A stretch of 64,000 nucleotides of DNA from Trichosphaerium sp. ATCC 40318. Its lineage: Eukaryota > Protista > Tubulinea. Location of the stretch: contig JALMLS010000491.1 of the NCBI GenBank assembly GCA_038496445.1, forward strand, positions 48,970 through 112,969. Reading direction: 5' to 3'. Below are positions 13,648 through 26,049 of the stretch, piece by piece. The translations under genes and the position numbers were made by a program. Every line of letters begins with the position of its first letter. The stretch's first letter is position 1. A model generated the notes under the pieces. It was not told where the DNA came from. It ran no database searches and worked only from the letters and a program-made list of their open reading frames with translations.

Positions 13648-14598
13648 TGTTTGTTTGTTTGTTTGTTTGTTTGTTTATTGTTTTTTGTCTGGGGTTGACT
13701 TTCAGGGCGCAGATAAGGCCGCTATAGAAAAGACGCCACACCACCCGACATGGCTACTAGAGCCTATAATGTAAAAAAATAAAATAAGAATTAAAATAAT
13801 GGAGGAAAAGTTACAGAAAACCCCCCTTGCAGGAAAAGCCCCCTGGCATAAAAACCTGCGACCCCGTCTACATAGTCTGTTCCGCTCCCTTATCTACCAA
13901 TACCCTTTCATCCCGACTCACTCGTCCAAGCGTTCACTCCTCTTTCTCTTGACCTTCTTCCATCTACCTTTACCAACTGTTCTACCTCGCTCACTCCTTA
14001 TTTTTGCCTCCGTTTTACATCTCGCTTTGTATTTTCGATACAATAGCGTAATGTATGCCACGTTGATCATACTTGTGGCCATCTCCGCTTTAGCCTTGGA
14101 CAATCCAAGTATGCCTTTCACCTTCTCACACATTCCTTTAATCACCCACCCCATGGACGTGCGATACGAGAAATTATCCTTACTATCCGGTTTCACACCC
14201 CATATCTCCGCCAATTCCGTGGCTCTTTGTATGTTTGACATTCTGCCATGTAGTAATACCTCTTGTCTTACACGCCATTCTCTAATCTTCTCCTCACTCA
14301 TCCCCAGCAAGGCCACTTCACGCATTTCATTTGTGACCCTCCAAGTTTTGACCATATCCGGTAGCACAAATGTGTTACCTGCCGTCACTCCCACTATAAT
14401 TGACCTGTTAGCATCCGATTCATCCCACGATAACTTAGGATGCGGCCATTGAGTCACATGTTGAAGTATGCGGGAGACCTGCGTTACAAAGTGAAACTCA
14501 AAATCAAAGTCACAATTGACACAGCTAGCAAAATGGTGAAAATTTTCCGTAGCTTCAACGCCAACTGCCAAGCAAGCTCCACAAAGTGCATGCGGGTA
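13648..14598 (-). mobile_element. 5'-truncated non-LTR retrotransposon (LINE) copy
   Basis: 12-bp TSD GTAAAACGAGTT at 13636-13647 and 14599-14610; (AAAC)n 3' tail at ~13648-13677; ORF remnant begins with a CCHC knuckle (CGAC...ENFHHFASC) and ends at 13918; GC-richer than the flanks. Confidence 0.9.
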
Positions 14599-15285
14599 GT
14601 AAAACGAGTTGAAAAGGTAGTTAAGCCAATATGATGAAAAGCGGTCAATCCTCCGCTTTATCCGCAATCAAATACACCTTGCTACGCTATGGAGAATCAA
14701 ACTAACACTACAAACATAGCGAAAGACACCACAGTCGTAGCTCCCGCTAAACCAAAGCTTAAGATTTGCTGTGCATGCCCAGAGGTACTTTAAAAGCGAT
14801 TTGTATGCAAAGTCGCGATTCTTACGAGTATTCAGACAAAAAAAATACGAGATAACTGTATCGTTATGAACGGCGAGGAACAGTGCGGTGATCTCATCGA
14901 GAACCATAAACAATGCCTAAGAGACGCTGGTTTCATAGTGTGAGTTTACAACTTTCATAACAACGCAAAAAATGCACTTGACGCTCTCTATACACCCGTA
15001 ACGTATTAAACAGGCGTTTAAAAACAATTTTTTTCCATTACTCGCCTAAACCATCACCTTGTATACATAAACGTGTATTCTATTATACTATTAGTACTAC
15101 AAACGTCTAGCACTCAATAACGGCTGTAACAACGAAAAATGTTTTGCTTTTTTTTTTCAATTTCGCGACTTTTTGTTGACCGACACAGAAAAAGTCGTAC
15201 ATTAGTATAATGTTCGCCTTCTAGCCCGCGGCAACTCGTTCACACGTATATTACGTCATAGGGTTTATACTACATTGATTCTATA

Positions 15286-18200
15286 ATGAATAATCGCCTA
15301 CAGGGCTCAACAATCAAGCGTATCGAAGCAGGTGTTAAAAAACTATGTAATGATATTGTTGCGACATGCAGGTAACTTTATAAACCACGTGTGTTCTATT
15401 TCGAAATATTTTTGTCTTTTTTTTTTTTTTTTTTTTTCAATCATTTCCTAATCGTAACCTCTCTTGTTCTGGATTTTATTACCTTTTAAACAATTATAGG
15501 GGTGTTATTGTATCTCTTACGGATAAATCAGCTTTGGAAAAGTACACTACTCTGTACGAGACGCGCATCACATCAACTTTTTAGGCTTTTTTCTTTTGGT
15601 TATTTTTTGGAAGTCGCTTTCGCTGTGGTTGAACCCGTGTGTCGCTCGTCTCACTTTTTATAGGGGATTGAGACAAGTACAGAAACTTAGTTCTATGACA
15701 AATACTCTGAGAAATATAAATGACAAGAAAGGGACTCAGGCCGCTCCTGCATTGCTTGAGTTTTCAAAGACAATAGATAGTTTGAAACAAACTGTACTTA
15801 AGCTTATAAACGCTGCAAGCAGAGTAAGTGTAGCTACAAATGGAAGTAGTAACTTAGTCAATAACGAAAGAAATGATCTAGTAGCTATTAGAGAGCACGT
15901 GGTACGTCATCACAAAAGCAAACAATTTTTTTTCGTAAATAACAATTTTTTTTTTTCAAAAGGTAATGGCAATGGCGATTGCTTCAGCGCTTAAAGATCA
16001 AGCTTGTAGAGTATTCTCAGAGAAATTCTGGGTAACAAAACCAAATAGAGTAAGTTTGACAAATCACGTGACTGTTAATGCTAACACTTATTTGACAGTC
16101 TAAATCTGTGCCGCCAAAATTTCAAAGATACAACCGTATTCGCACCATCGCTGGTAGTACTGTTTCAGCGAAGAGGCCAAATTTATACCCGAAAAAGAGT
16201 CCAGAGTCAGCGCGTAGGCGTTATAATGGGGAGCAAAGTGTTAATTTAGCCAAGAGTCGCATCAACCATAGCAACAGAGCTCCATCTAAAAGCAATAAAG
16301 CGCCACCTAAAACATCATCGATAACGAAAAAAATACCAACAATCAAAGAGCCTAAAATTGCTATCAAAGCGGAGACACGTGAAGATATAGAAAAGATAGA
16401 AGAGGTTAATTCAAATCACGTGATTAATTTATTTTTAAATAATCGTTCGTTCTAGATCACCAAGAGGCTACGAGACGGAAAGTCTGGTATTGTTGTTAAG
16501 AACCACAAGCTTTTGTATAGGTACATTATCTATTTTTTTTTTGAAACAGTTTTAACTAAGTTCGTTTTGGCTTAACTCCTTTGTTTTGGGCGCTGGAGAT
16601 TTGTTTGAGTGTTTATTTTATTTAGGACATATAAGGAATGCTTTAAAGGATCTGAATTAGTTGATTGGATGGTTAATAAAAACTTGGCACCTTCAAGAGC
16701 TCATGCTGAGTTTTTCGGAAATAAGCTTTTAATAGAAAATGTAATCCAACATGTCACGAAAGGTAAGGAACTACTTGTAGGTTCTACTTAAAACCTTTGC
16801 TTTAATTGATTGTTATTATTACAGATAATATATTCAAAGACAGGGATATTGCATTCTATAGATTTACAGAAGACGTCCCGGATATGGTAAGTTTCTTGCA
16901 ACTCTGTTCAACTCTTTTTTTCTTTTGCGTTTTCTTTCATGATTGTGACACCCATTCGCTTAAATCTTGTTTGTATATCCATATGAGCCATATATCGCCA
17001 CAAACATTTAGTGTGTTGTAAAACAATATAGAGACCCTTGAACTTACAAACAACCGAACCTTCTTTTTTTTTTGACACATTTCATTTTATCTAATGTTAA
17101 TTTTTTTTGTTGTATCTTAGTACGCCTTGGCAGATGTCATGAAAGTTTTGGACGCGTATTTTAGTAAAGATATGAGAACTACATGGTATATAGGTATTTA
17201 GAAAACTTGAAAAAATATCACGTGTGAATTTATAAATATTATGTGAAAAGATACAAAGAAAGAGCTGGATCCATATGGATTTATTATACCTGAACGAGTA
17301 CTACTTTTTTAGTTTCAATTATTTTTTTTTCACTTACAGCCCTTTTTAGTTCCAAAAAAAGACGAATTCGTTCTTACCAAAATACGTTGAAACTATGGCT
17401 AACATGCATGACAAATGGTAAGTAAGAGAATGAGGCAAGACTCGCATAAAAGAGAATTATGAAAAACCTAAAATTTTGTGGTTTTTTTTTCTCTCTTTAT
17501 GAGTTAGGTTTTTTTTTACTAACAATTGAAATCAAGGGCAGCGTTTCATAATAGAAATATCAATAGAAAACTATTTGCAGGAACAAACCTTACTCATTCT
17601 GAACGTCATCAATTTAAACATTTAGCAAGACTTGGATTTCCAGCGCAAATACGCGGTACTGTATGAAAGCCATCCAAAAAAAAAAATCCAAAAAAAAAAA
17701 ATCCTTTAAACCTTTCTGCATGCGTTTTGAGTTGATTACTTTTAGTTTTGGACGTTATGCTCAGGAGCTGATAAAAAGCGTTCTCAGAAGAGTAATAATT
17801 ATTATAAACAAATTTTCCAGAGAGACAAAGTATCAAAAGCGAACGCACAACAAATCTTGAAGGCACGAAAAAAAAAAAAAAATCAGACACCAGTTTCGAA
17901 AAGTCTTGTTTTTTGTTTTGTGGTACAACCACTGAACTTCTTTATTGCCAGCAATTAATCTTTGATAACTCTTTTAACAACTAGATCGAAATATTTTTAA
18001 TTTTGTGAGCAGAGCACAAAAGTGCCATGCCGCAAAGAAATTTCCTTATTTTTTTGAAACAAACTTGCTTTTGATCAAACCAAAAGAGTTTTTGTCGATA
18101 TGTCTCACATATCTCCTTTAGGATATAACAAGAACATTCCCAACTAATAAAAGATTTGATAAAAAGCGCCAACAACAACTAAAAAGAATACTTGAGGCAT

Positions 18201-19097
18201 ACAGTTGCCATGACAAAGAAATAGGTAAGACAAAGAAAAAAAAAAACCACAAAACAACTTTACCTACAACTTAACTTATTGATTCAAAAGGCTACTGTCA
18301 GGGAATGAACTTTATCGCTGGTATGTTACTTTTATTCTTTAATGATGAAGAAGATGCATTTTGGGTACTAGCAGCGATTCTAGAGGACATACTACCAGGA
18401 TCATACCATGCCAAAGTAAGCTTGCTTTTTTTTTTTTTCATGGCGGCTATATTTATTGTTCGTGCTTATGCTGAACTCTAGGGTATGGCTGCATTGAGAT
18501 GCGATGTTACAGTACTTCAAATACTTGTCAGAAAAGAGCTTCCACGTGTTTACAACCACCTACAAGCGAATGATGTGCCATGGATGCTTGTTGGTAGTAA
18601 ATGGCTTATGCCTCTTTTTGTACTTGGATTACCAACTGAGGCACGTGATTACATGATTTTTTAGCTATCTAAAATTTTCACGTGATTATTTGGTGTTTTT
18701 TTATTAATACACGTGATATTTAGAGCCTTTTACGAGTATGGGACGTATTTTTTCTTGAAGGTTCTCAAGTTTTATTGGGCGCTGCTTTGGCAATTTTAAA
18801 GATTTGTAAAGATGATATCCTTGCAGCTACTGATCAAACTGAGTTGTTCGCAATGATTGCTAATTTGCCAAATACTATTTATGATTGTGAAGAACTATTA
18901 AAGGCACGGTAGTTAATAGAGATTCTTTAAACAAGTTTCAAGCATTGAAAAAAGTTCTTTTTTTTGTTCTAATAATAACTTTCTTCAACAAATAGGTGTG
19001 CATGTCCTTTAAGTTAAAGAAAATCGATAAAATGAGGAGACAACAGCTAGCATCTTACATTGATGAACGGGGAGAGTCAAGTTCAAGAAAATCCTAA
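15286..19097 (+). CDS. DEP-domain + TBC (Rab-GAP) protein, many exons
   Basis: DEP motifs YKECFKGSELVDWM...LLIENVIQHV...FKDRDIAFYRF; TBC motifs GFPAQIRGT, ILK-DITRTFP (Arg finger), GYCQGMNF (Gln finger), EEDAFW, LRVWDVFFLEG. Confidence 0.9.
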
Positions 19098-19582
19098 CAA
19101 ATGACAACTGCTCAATCAATAAATTATCAAAATCCTTCTGACTGGAGTAGTATGGTAAAATTTGTTACTAGAATCTATCTCAGAAAGCCTATGCAAGCAT
19201 ACTCTTGAGATTCATCAGAAAACATGCCTGTTCACGTGTCTTTTAAAAACATATTAGGTAGGTCACAATGATGTTGAACACTTGCCACTTTTTTAACTGT
19301 AACTTAACAACAATTGTGATTCTGGCGGATAGGCAAATTCTTTTGCAATATCCACCCAAAGTCCAATAGCTCGTACACGCAATGCTCCTTGTTTTGTGAA
19401 TCCTGCGTACACTACATATGTTTTACATCCCAAGTTACGTTGTCACTGTACGTTTTCCGCCCAGCACACAGCAATAAACAAAGATCAGTTCAACAATACA
19501 AGAAACACTATTTGAGCATCCCTACGGCCCTAAACACATCTAAAAATGCGTAATAGTCCTTTTGTTTTCTAGCGGACCCATG

Positions 19583-19812
19583 TTTTTTCCGAATTTTTCA
19601 AAAGAAAAATTTGAAAAAATAGAATTCGATACAAAAACCGAATGCCTATACCCACCAATGGATCACTATATGTGAGCGAAGGTCAGGTTCTAGTTCCAAG
19701 CACAGCGATGACCCGACCATAAGTGAACCAGGCGCTTTCTAGTTTAGTGGACTGCCCTAGCTATGCATCTTTCTACACTTTCAAATTTTTGTTTTTGGAA
19801 AATTCGGAAAAA
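19583..19812. mobile_element. MITE-like element with ~40-bp imperfect inverted repeats
   Basis: TTTTTTCCGAATTTTTCAAAAGAAAAATTTGAAA at the left end; the right end reverse-complements to TTTTTTCCGAATTTTCCAAAAACAAAAATTTGAAA; non-coding interior; TSD not resolved. Confidence 0.55.
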
Positions 19813-20279
19813 ACTATATCCCGTTTCTAGTTTGGGTTTTTAATTGTACATGGCACAAAGAATTGTTATTAGTATTATTTATAACGTGTACCTAGTGGTA
19901 AAATTTTGGGAGTAAAAGTGACTTGTGCCTGATTTAGGTTTTTGTTACAAAGTTACGTGAAAACCAAAAGTCATACTAACGTACAACAACTGACCTGTAA
20001 CTCCTTAAAACCATTCTATTAGCTAATGTAGATGTAATTGGAGTGTGTCAGTACAAAAGGTAGAGTTTACACTATAAAACAAGCAAAGTTCCTCCCAACC
20101 ACATTACTTACGCATAAGAAACGTCACCAAATAGCAGTGGAGTACAAGGAAACTTTGTATTTGGAAAATCATGAACGATTTTGACTATCTGCTCGTACCT
20201 CGAAGTTTGACAATTGCTTGACTTGACTTGCTTAAACACGTGGCAACTTTTTAAATACATACACACAACGTAATAAATC

Positions 20280-21857
20280 ATGAGCTTCACTGGTATTTCA
20301 ATTGATGAAGCATTCGACTACTATCATACAAACCATTCAGAAGAATTCAACAAGGTTATGTCTGAACAAAGCCAGACATTCATAAAACGACTTGAAACAA
20401 CGTTAAATATCGTAAACGATAGCATTGTAAAACAACTCGATAATATCCTGTTGAAACAAACAGATACCTCCTTGAAACGACCTAATCATGTAACTCTTGC
20501 AGAAAATGATGTTTCGTCATCAAAACGAAAACAGCTTCAAGAGTAAGTCGTTTTTTTTTCATTAAATTTAAGGCTCTTCAGAGCTCGTTGACAAACCAAA
20601 GTGTGTTATTCAGAAAAATTTTGGCAATCGCTTATTTCTAAGAAATCACGTTCTTGTGTTTTCGAGATGCCGTTTTTTTTTTGTTTCTTGTATCTTTGTG
20701 CTAATGACCATAGTATACAACCTACATTGGCGCTCAAAGAACCAAGTATTGTTGATTTTCCACCAGAGGTTATTTCAAATATCTTACGTCAAACAGAAGC
20801 AAAATCAAGATTCAGTGTTGCTCAATCATGTCACTTGATGGCTGACATCATCCATGACATTGTTGGATATGACATAGTTTATCTTAAAAGTGTTTCTGAT
20901 GTTTTACGGATAAGAGAGTACAAGGGTATCATGAGAAACACTACAATTGCATTCAACACCTTACTTAACTCAAAAACTTTATATTCACTATTATCTGGTT
21001 GTAAATACCTTAATATATGGAGTAAATATCACAAATGTCATATAACTGATGAAGATCTTGTAGAGCTTGCAGGTGTACATACAATCACCCTTAATGATAG
21101 TGCTATAACAGACTATGGTATTGAACAACTCAAAGGAGTCCATACAATTAATCTTGAGAATTGTTATGGTCTGAAAGGTGAAGGCATCAAAGCACTTGAA
21201 GGTGTTCACTCAATTATGCTTAAAGGTACATTGATTACAGATGAAGCTGTTATTTGTCTTAAAGATGCTCATACAATTGATCTAAGCTTTTGTAATCATG
21301 TGACAGATGAAGGGATAAAGGAGTTACACAATGTGCATACAATCAATATCAGTAATACTTCAGTTACTGATGAAGGTATCAAAGCTTTAAAAGGTGTACA
21401 TACCCTCGAGCTTCAAAGCACTCATGTTACAGATGACGGCATTAAAGCACTTCAAGGTGTTCATACAATTGATCTTCGTGGGTGTTTCTCTATAACGGAT
21501 GAAGGAATCAAGTCATTAAGTGGTGTACATACCCTCAAGCTTCAATACACTAATGTTACAGATGACGGCATTAAAGCACTTCAAGGTGTTCATACAATTG
21601 ATCTTCGTGGGTGTGAATCTTTTACGGATGAAGGAATCAAAGCGTTAAATGGTGTGCATATAATCAACCTCAGTAAAACTTCAGTTACAGATGAAGGTGT
21701 CAAAGCACTCAAAAATGTTCATTCAATCAACCTCAGCGAAACTTCAGTTACTGATGAAGGTGTCAAAGCACTCAAAAATGTTCGTGCTATCTCTCTTTTT
21801 CGTTGTAAGAATGTGACATTTGAATATGTTCAATCACTAAAGATACCTAAATTTTAG
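20280..21857 (+). CDS. F-box + leucine-rich-repeat protein (2 exons)
   Basis: Exon 1 from 20280, intron ~20543-20713; F-box-like IVDFPPEVISNIL...AQSCHLM; about 12 LRRs with consensus GVHTINLxxxxVTDEGIKAL. Confidence 0.85.
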
Positions 21858-22665
21858 TTTACTAGCAAAAGAAATCTAGAGCAATGATGACAAGAACTTG
21901 TTAACCAAATTGATGAATTGTAACTTGAGAGAGAGAACACATTGCTAATTCATCACCAACTCAATAAATAAGCTTTTATTTGTCCAAGCGTTACGGTTCT
22001 GGTTTTGTGTGTACTGACTAATTAAATAAAATTGGTTGTGCCTTGTCAATCGCTAAATATTTCGTAGCTTGGACAATTGCGTGGATGACCGCACTTCACG
22101 TGTACTACTAAGAAATACATCTGTGGTGTTATTAACTAAAGAGCAGAGGAGCAATACTTAGACGACTGAAGCGAATCTTGCTCACTTGGGATTTGAATCA
22201 GTGCCAAGTGATTGTCAGTTTTGAGGAAATGCATGTTGTAATGCGACAAAAAGACATAGTGAAAAAATGGTTCTTAGTTTTTTCGTAGTTTTTGCCTTTC
22301 AACATCGTGATTTTCATATTTACCTGTTACGTTACCTGTATTATGAGGGATACACAGTCTGAATATACAGTGGAGTCTAGAAAGGAGAAACAAAGGCTAT
22401 AAAAAAAGTACGAAGTACACAATGCCTTGTTTTACTTCAGTAAACGTCAAAAATCAGCTAAAGTTCCCTTTTTCATTGGGAACCCGTAACTCTTTGCAAA
22501 TTTCTCATCACATTGATTACGCCAAGAACGAGATCTGGATGACCTTAAGCAATGGCAGCCGCCATTCACGCAATCAATAGGGAAAAGTGGTTGAAAATTT
22601 CTTTTGTTGACTTAATTCAAAGTTTAAGTCTGGTAGTCGACAGGAAGCTTTACAATCGACACATT

Positions 22666-23444
22666 ATGACTTTCTTAGGCTTCACCAATACCGAAATGTT
22701 CAATATAACTCATTTGGCACTAATTCCATGGCTTACAATGGTTTTTTTGCCTAGATGGCGTTATACACGTCGTATTGTGTTTAGCTTTGCTCTTTTCTTC
22801 TCTGTGTGCTATTTAGTGCTTATTGGAAACGTTTTCATGCAAGGAGGCATTGAGAAGTTTACAAGCATGATGCAGGACTTCACATCGCTCAAAGTACGAC
22901 AAAAACAAGGTAAAACGATAAAACCCACAAGCATTTTAGGGAATCTCAGCTCTATTCAAAAATGAGGACGTCGTATTCATTGGTACGTATAATAGACACT
23001 AAAACTACTAGTTCAAAACCAAAAAGAATCAAAAAGGTTGACGTTTAGACTAAATATGCTTATTTACAAAAAGGTTGGCTTCATTACCTCGCCTTTGATC
23101 TTTGGACAGGTGTTTGGATTTTATTCGATTCTCAAGCAAACCAGATCCCTCATCTACTCACTGTCGTGTGTTTGTTCTTTACTCTCATGTTTGGACCTGT
23201 TGGATTCGTACTTTACGTAGTACTAAGGTAACAAAGGAGTAAACTTTTTGATTTTTTTTTCTTCGAGAAAAAAACGAGAAAAATTGATGATGGGAAACGT
23301 TTTTTTTTTTTTGGACTTTTTTTGCGCCTTAGTGGTTTAGTGTGTTTCTCTGCTTTATGTTTTTGATGAAGCTGTTTATGTTATCTTACTAACTTATATA
23401 GATTCTTATTTGGCAGTCAACCTATGAGAACTAAACTTGAATAA
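22666..23444 (+). CDS. ABA4-like / DUF4281 membrane protein (4 exons)
   Basis: PWLTMVFLPRWRYTRR; spliced IG-WLHYLAFDLWTG and LFFTLMFGPVG motifs, which are diagnostic of the ABA4/DUF4281 family. Confidence 0.85.
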
Positions 23445-24113
23445 CTCCTAAAAAAAAACTTGTAAGTTTTTGAGTTAATTAATAAACACGTGATCGAAAT
23501 GAGTCTTTTTTTTGAATTTCGTTTATTATTCGCTAGATATTGATAACAACTTAGTACATGTACAAGTTAACAACAACCATTGAAAAGAGGTTTTCAGACT
23601 CCTTTGGGAATTACAAAGAAAGTGTCAACTTCTTATTGACAACCAGTTGACTTGAATTGTAACTTATTCAAAAAACTCCAACGACAGTCAAAGAAGAATA
23701 AAAGAAGGATTTTTTTCTGAAATTAGTACTTACACATTTTAAGTTCTCCTATCAATGTCAGGACTGTTTTAAAGAAAATGCTTTATTGTTTATCTCGATT
23801 ACATTGATAAATGTGGTGTTGTGTCTTGTATTGTCTCGTTTATGCCCATACCAATATGAAAAGTAGGTCCGTTGACGATATCTAGCAAATTGTTTGCCTT
23901 TTGTAGCTTTGGAAATTTCGGTAGTTTTGCACTCCGCACCTCACGATAGAGCCTTGATGCCAGCAAAACTAGTGTGTAAAATTGAATTTACCATGTAGCA
24001 CTAGTTGCTACAGTCTACTCTTTGAAAAAATTTTTGACTCATAATGGAAAAGCGACGTCGCTTTTTCAGTTAATGGAAAAACGTAAAAATAAACTCAACA
24101 CAAACTGTATACA

Positions 24114-25405
24114 ATGGGAAGCTCTATTGCCAAGCTTTTTGAGCCTGAACCATCTAGAATATACATGACAGGCTTAGATGCTGCTGGAAAGGTAATAATA
24201 ACTAATTCTGCTGCAAATAACTCACTATACGTAGACTACTATCCTATACGCGATGAAAGTATGTTTTAGGGAGTATAAAGACAAAATAACAATTTTATAG
24301 CTTGGTGAGATAGTAACGACAATACCTACTATTGGTTGGAATGTAGAGAGCGTAAAGTACAGGAATACACAGTTTATGGTTTGGGATTGTACGTTAACGA
24401 AATGTTTTGGTTGAAATTGATTTAAAACACCTTTAAACGCTTGATATATGTTTATTTATTCTGTTTTAGGCGGAAGAACACCTGTACGTGTATTATTAAC
24501 AGAGTTTGCTTGAAAAATCCAAAAAAAGAACCCCGCTTGGTTTTGTTGATTCGTATTTTTTAGATGCGGTACTTATGGAGAACCGAGTATAGAAAAGGTA
24601 CTTTTGTGGATTTTCGTTTTCGTTTTTTTCTTTGTTCAGCACGTGCTGTATACACTCTTTATCAAATAGAATTGTGAAAATAGATTTAAAACTTGCACTT
24701 TGAGTGTTATTTGTGAAACTGAATTCCATGTGCTGCGAGGGGTGAAGAAAACAAACAATTCCATTTTTTTTTTCGCATTTTTTTTGTTGGTTTGTACATT
24801 TAGTAGCTGCAAGTGCGTTTAATCTAAAACAATTGTAGGTGTTTCTGCAGTAATTTACGTCATTGATTCAAATGATAGACACCGTATTGATGAAGTCAAG
24901 TCAATGATACAACAAGATTCAGAGTATTTTAAAGAAGAATTTAAAGATGCTCCGATGCTCTTTTTCATGAATAAGCAAGGTAAATACCAACGTCTTATAC
25001 ACCTTAAAAAACCATTAATTCATGTGAATAGATTTACCAAATGCAATGAGTCCAGAAGAGGTAAGGGCGGTGTTGAGAATCAGAATTTTCATGGTTTTTT
25101 TTCGTGTCCGTTTGCTAAAAGTTTGTCAAGGTTGCTAAGGCTGTTGGTCTAAATGAGGTAAAAGATAGAGTATATAGAGTTCAAGGTTGCTGTGCTACAA
25201 GCCGTAAAGGCATATACGAGGTACGGTCAGCGATAAAATGATAGGAATTGGCAACCATCAAACATATTGTTATTTTCAACGAGCTGTATGACGCTGTTGT
25301 GATTATAATATTATATTACTCTGTTTTTGCGATTTTCTCACGTTATTATAGGGCTTAGAATGGCTTAGCGATGTACTAAATAAGAAAGAAAATGTTCATA
25401 GTTAA
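24114..25405 (+). CDS. Divergent Arf-family small GTPase (multi-exon)
   Basis: MGSS myristoylation start; [40 protein letters not shown]; the G3 region reads WDCGRTP. Confidence 0.9.
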
Positions 25406-26049
25406 TAGTAAGATGTATTGTTACTTTCAATAAAAAGTATATTAGTTAGTATTTGTTACAACTCGCTGCTTCTCACATGCCTGCTTCACTAAAGTAACCG
25501 TCATGTGAAGTTACCAGCCTTTCAATTTTGTAGGCATTGTGTGGGATAACCTCTCACAATAATACTGAGATAATTCACCACACCGACTTTATTTAACACT
25601 GGGCATTTGCTACTTATTTCCACCAATGAAATGTGGGAATAAGTGCTCATTGTATATCATCAATGTACTTTGGTTTTTGTTGTTGTTTTTACCAAACAGA
25701 ATGTTCGAATATAGATTATTTCGAGCGTACTCTGATCTCAACAAATTGACTTTAGCAAAACGATTAACTATGGCAAGCAACAAAACAACCAAAACTACAC
25801 GAGTACTATAGTACAAGGGTGCGTTAGAGCCACTAGATATTGATTTCTTCCTCCTAATCGTGTGTATGTTGAAACGAATGAGTAGGTGTTAGGGAACGAA
25901 TGATCTAATGTGAGGGATCTGCTTACAAAATCGTAGTGCTTCATGATAACAAGCAGTAATTGGCCAAAACAAGATATTTGTAAGTGATATCACTACAGCA
26001 CGACTAAAACCAAGTTTATTGTGACAATCGTCTTACACAACGTCCTCTA

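Noticed and set aside
13799-14452. 217-aa plus-strand ORF
   Set aside because: Antisense shadow of the LINE ORF remnant with no independent features
14599-14913. Extension of the LINE ORF upstream (start of ORF 13918-14667 and ORF 14668-14913)
   Set aside because: Lies outside the TSD, so it is host flank that happens to be open
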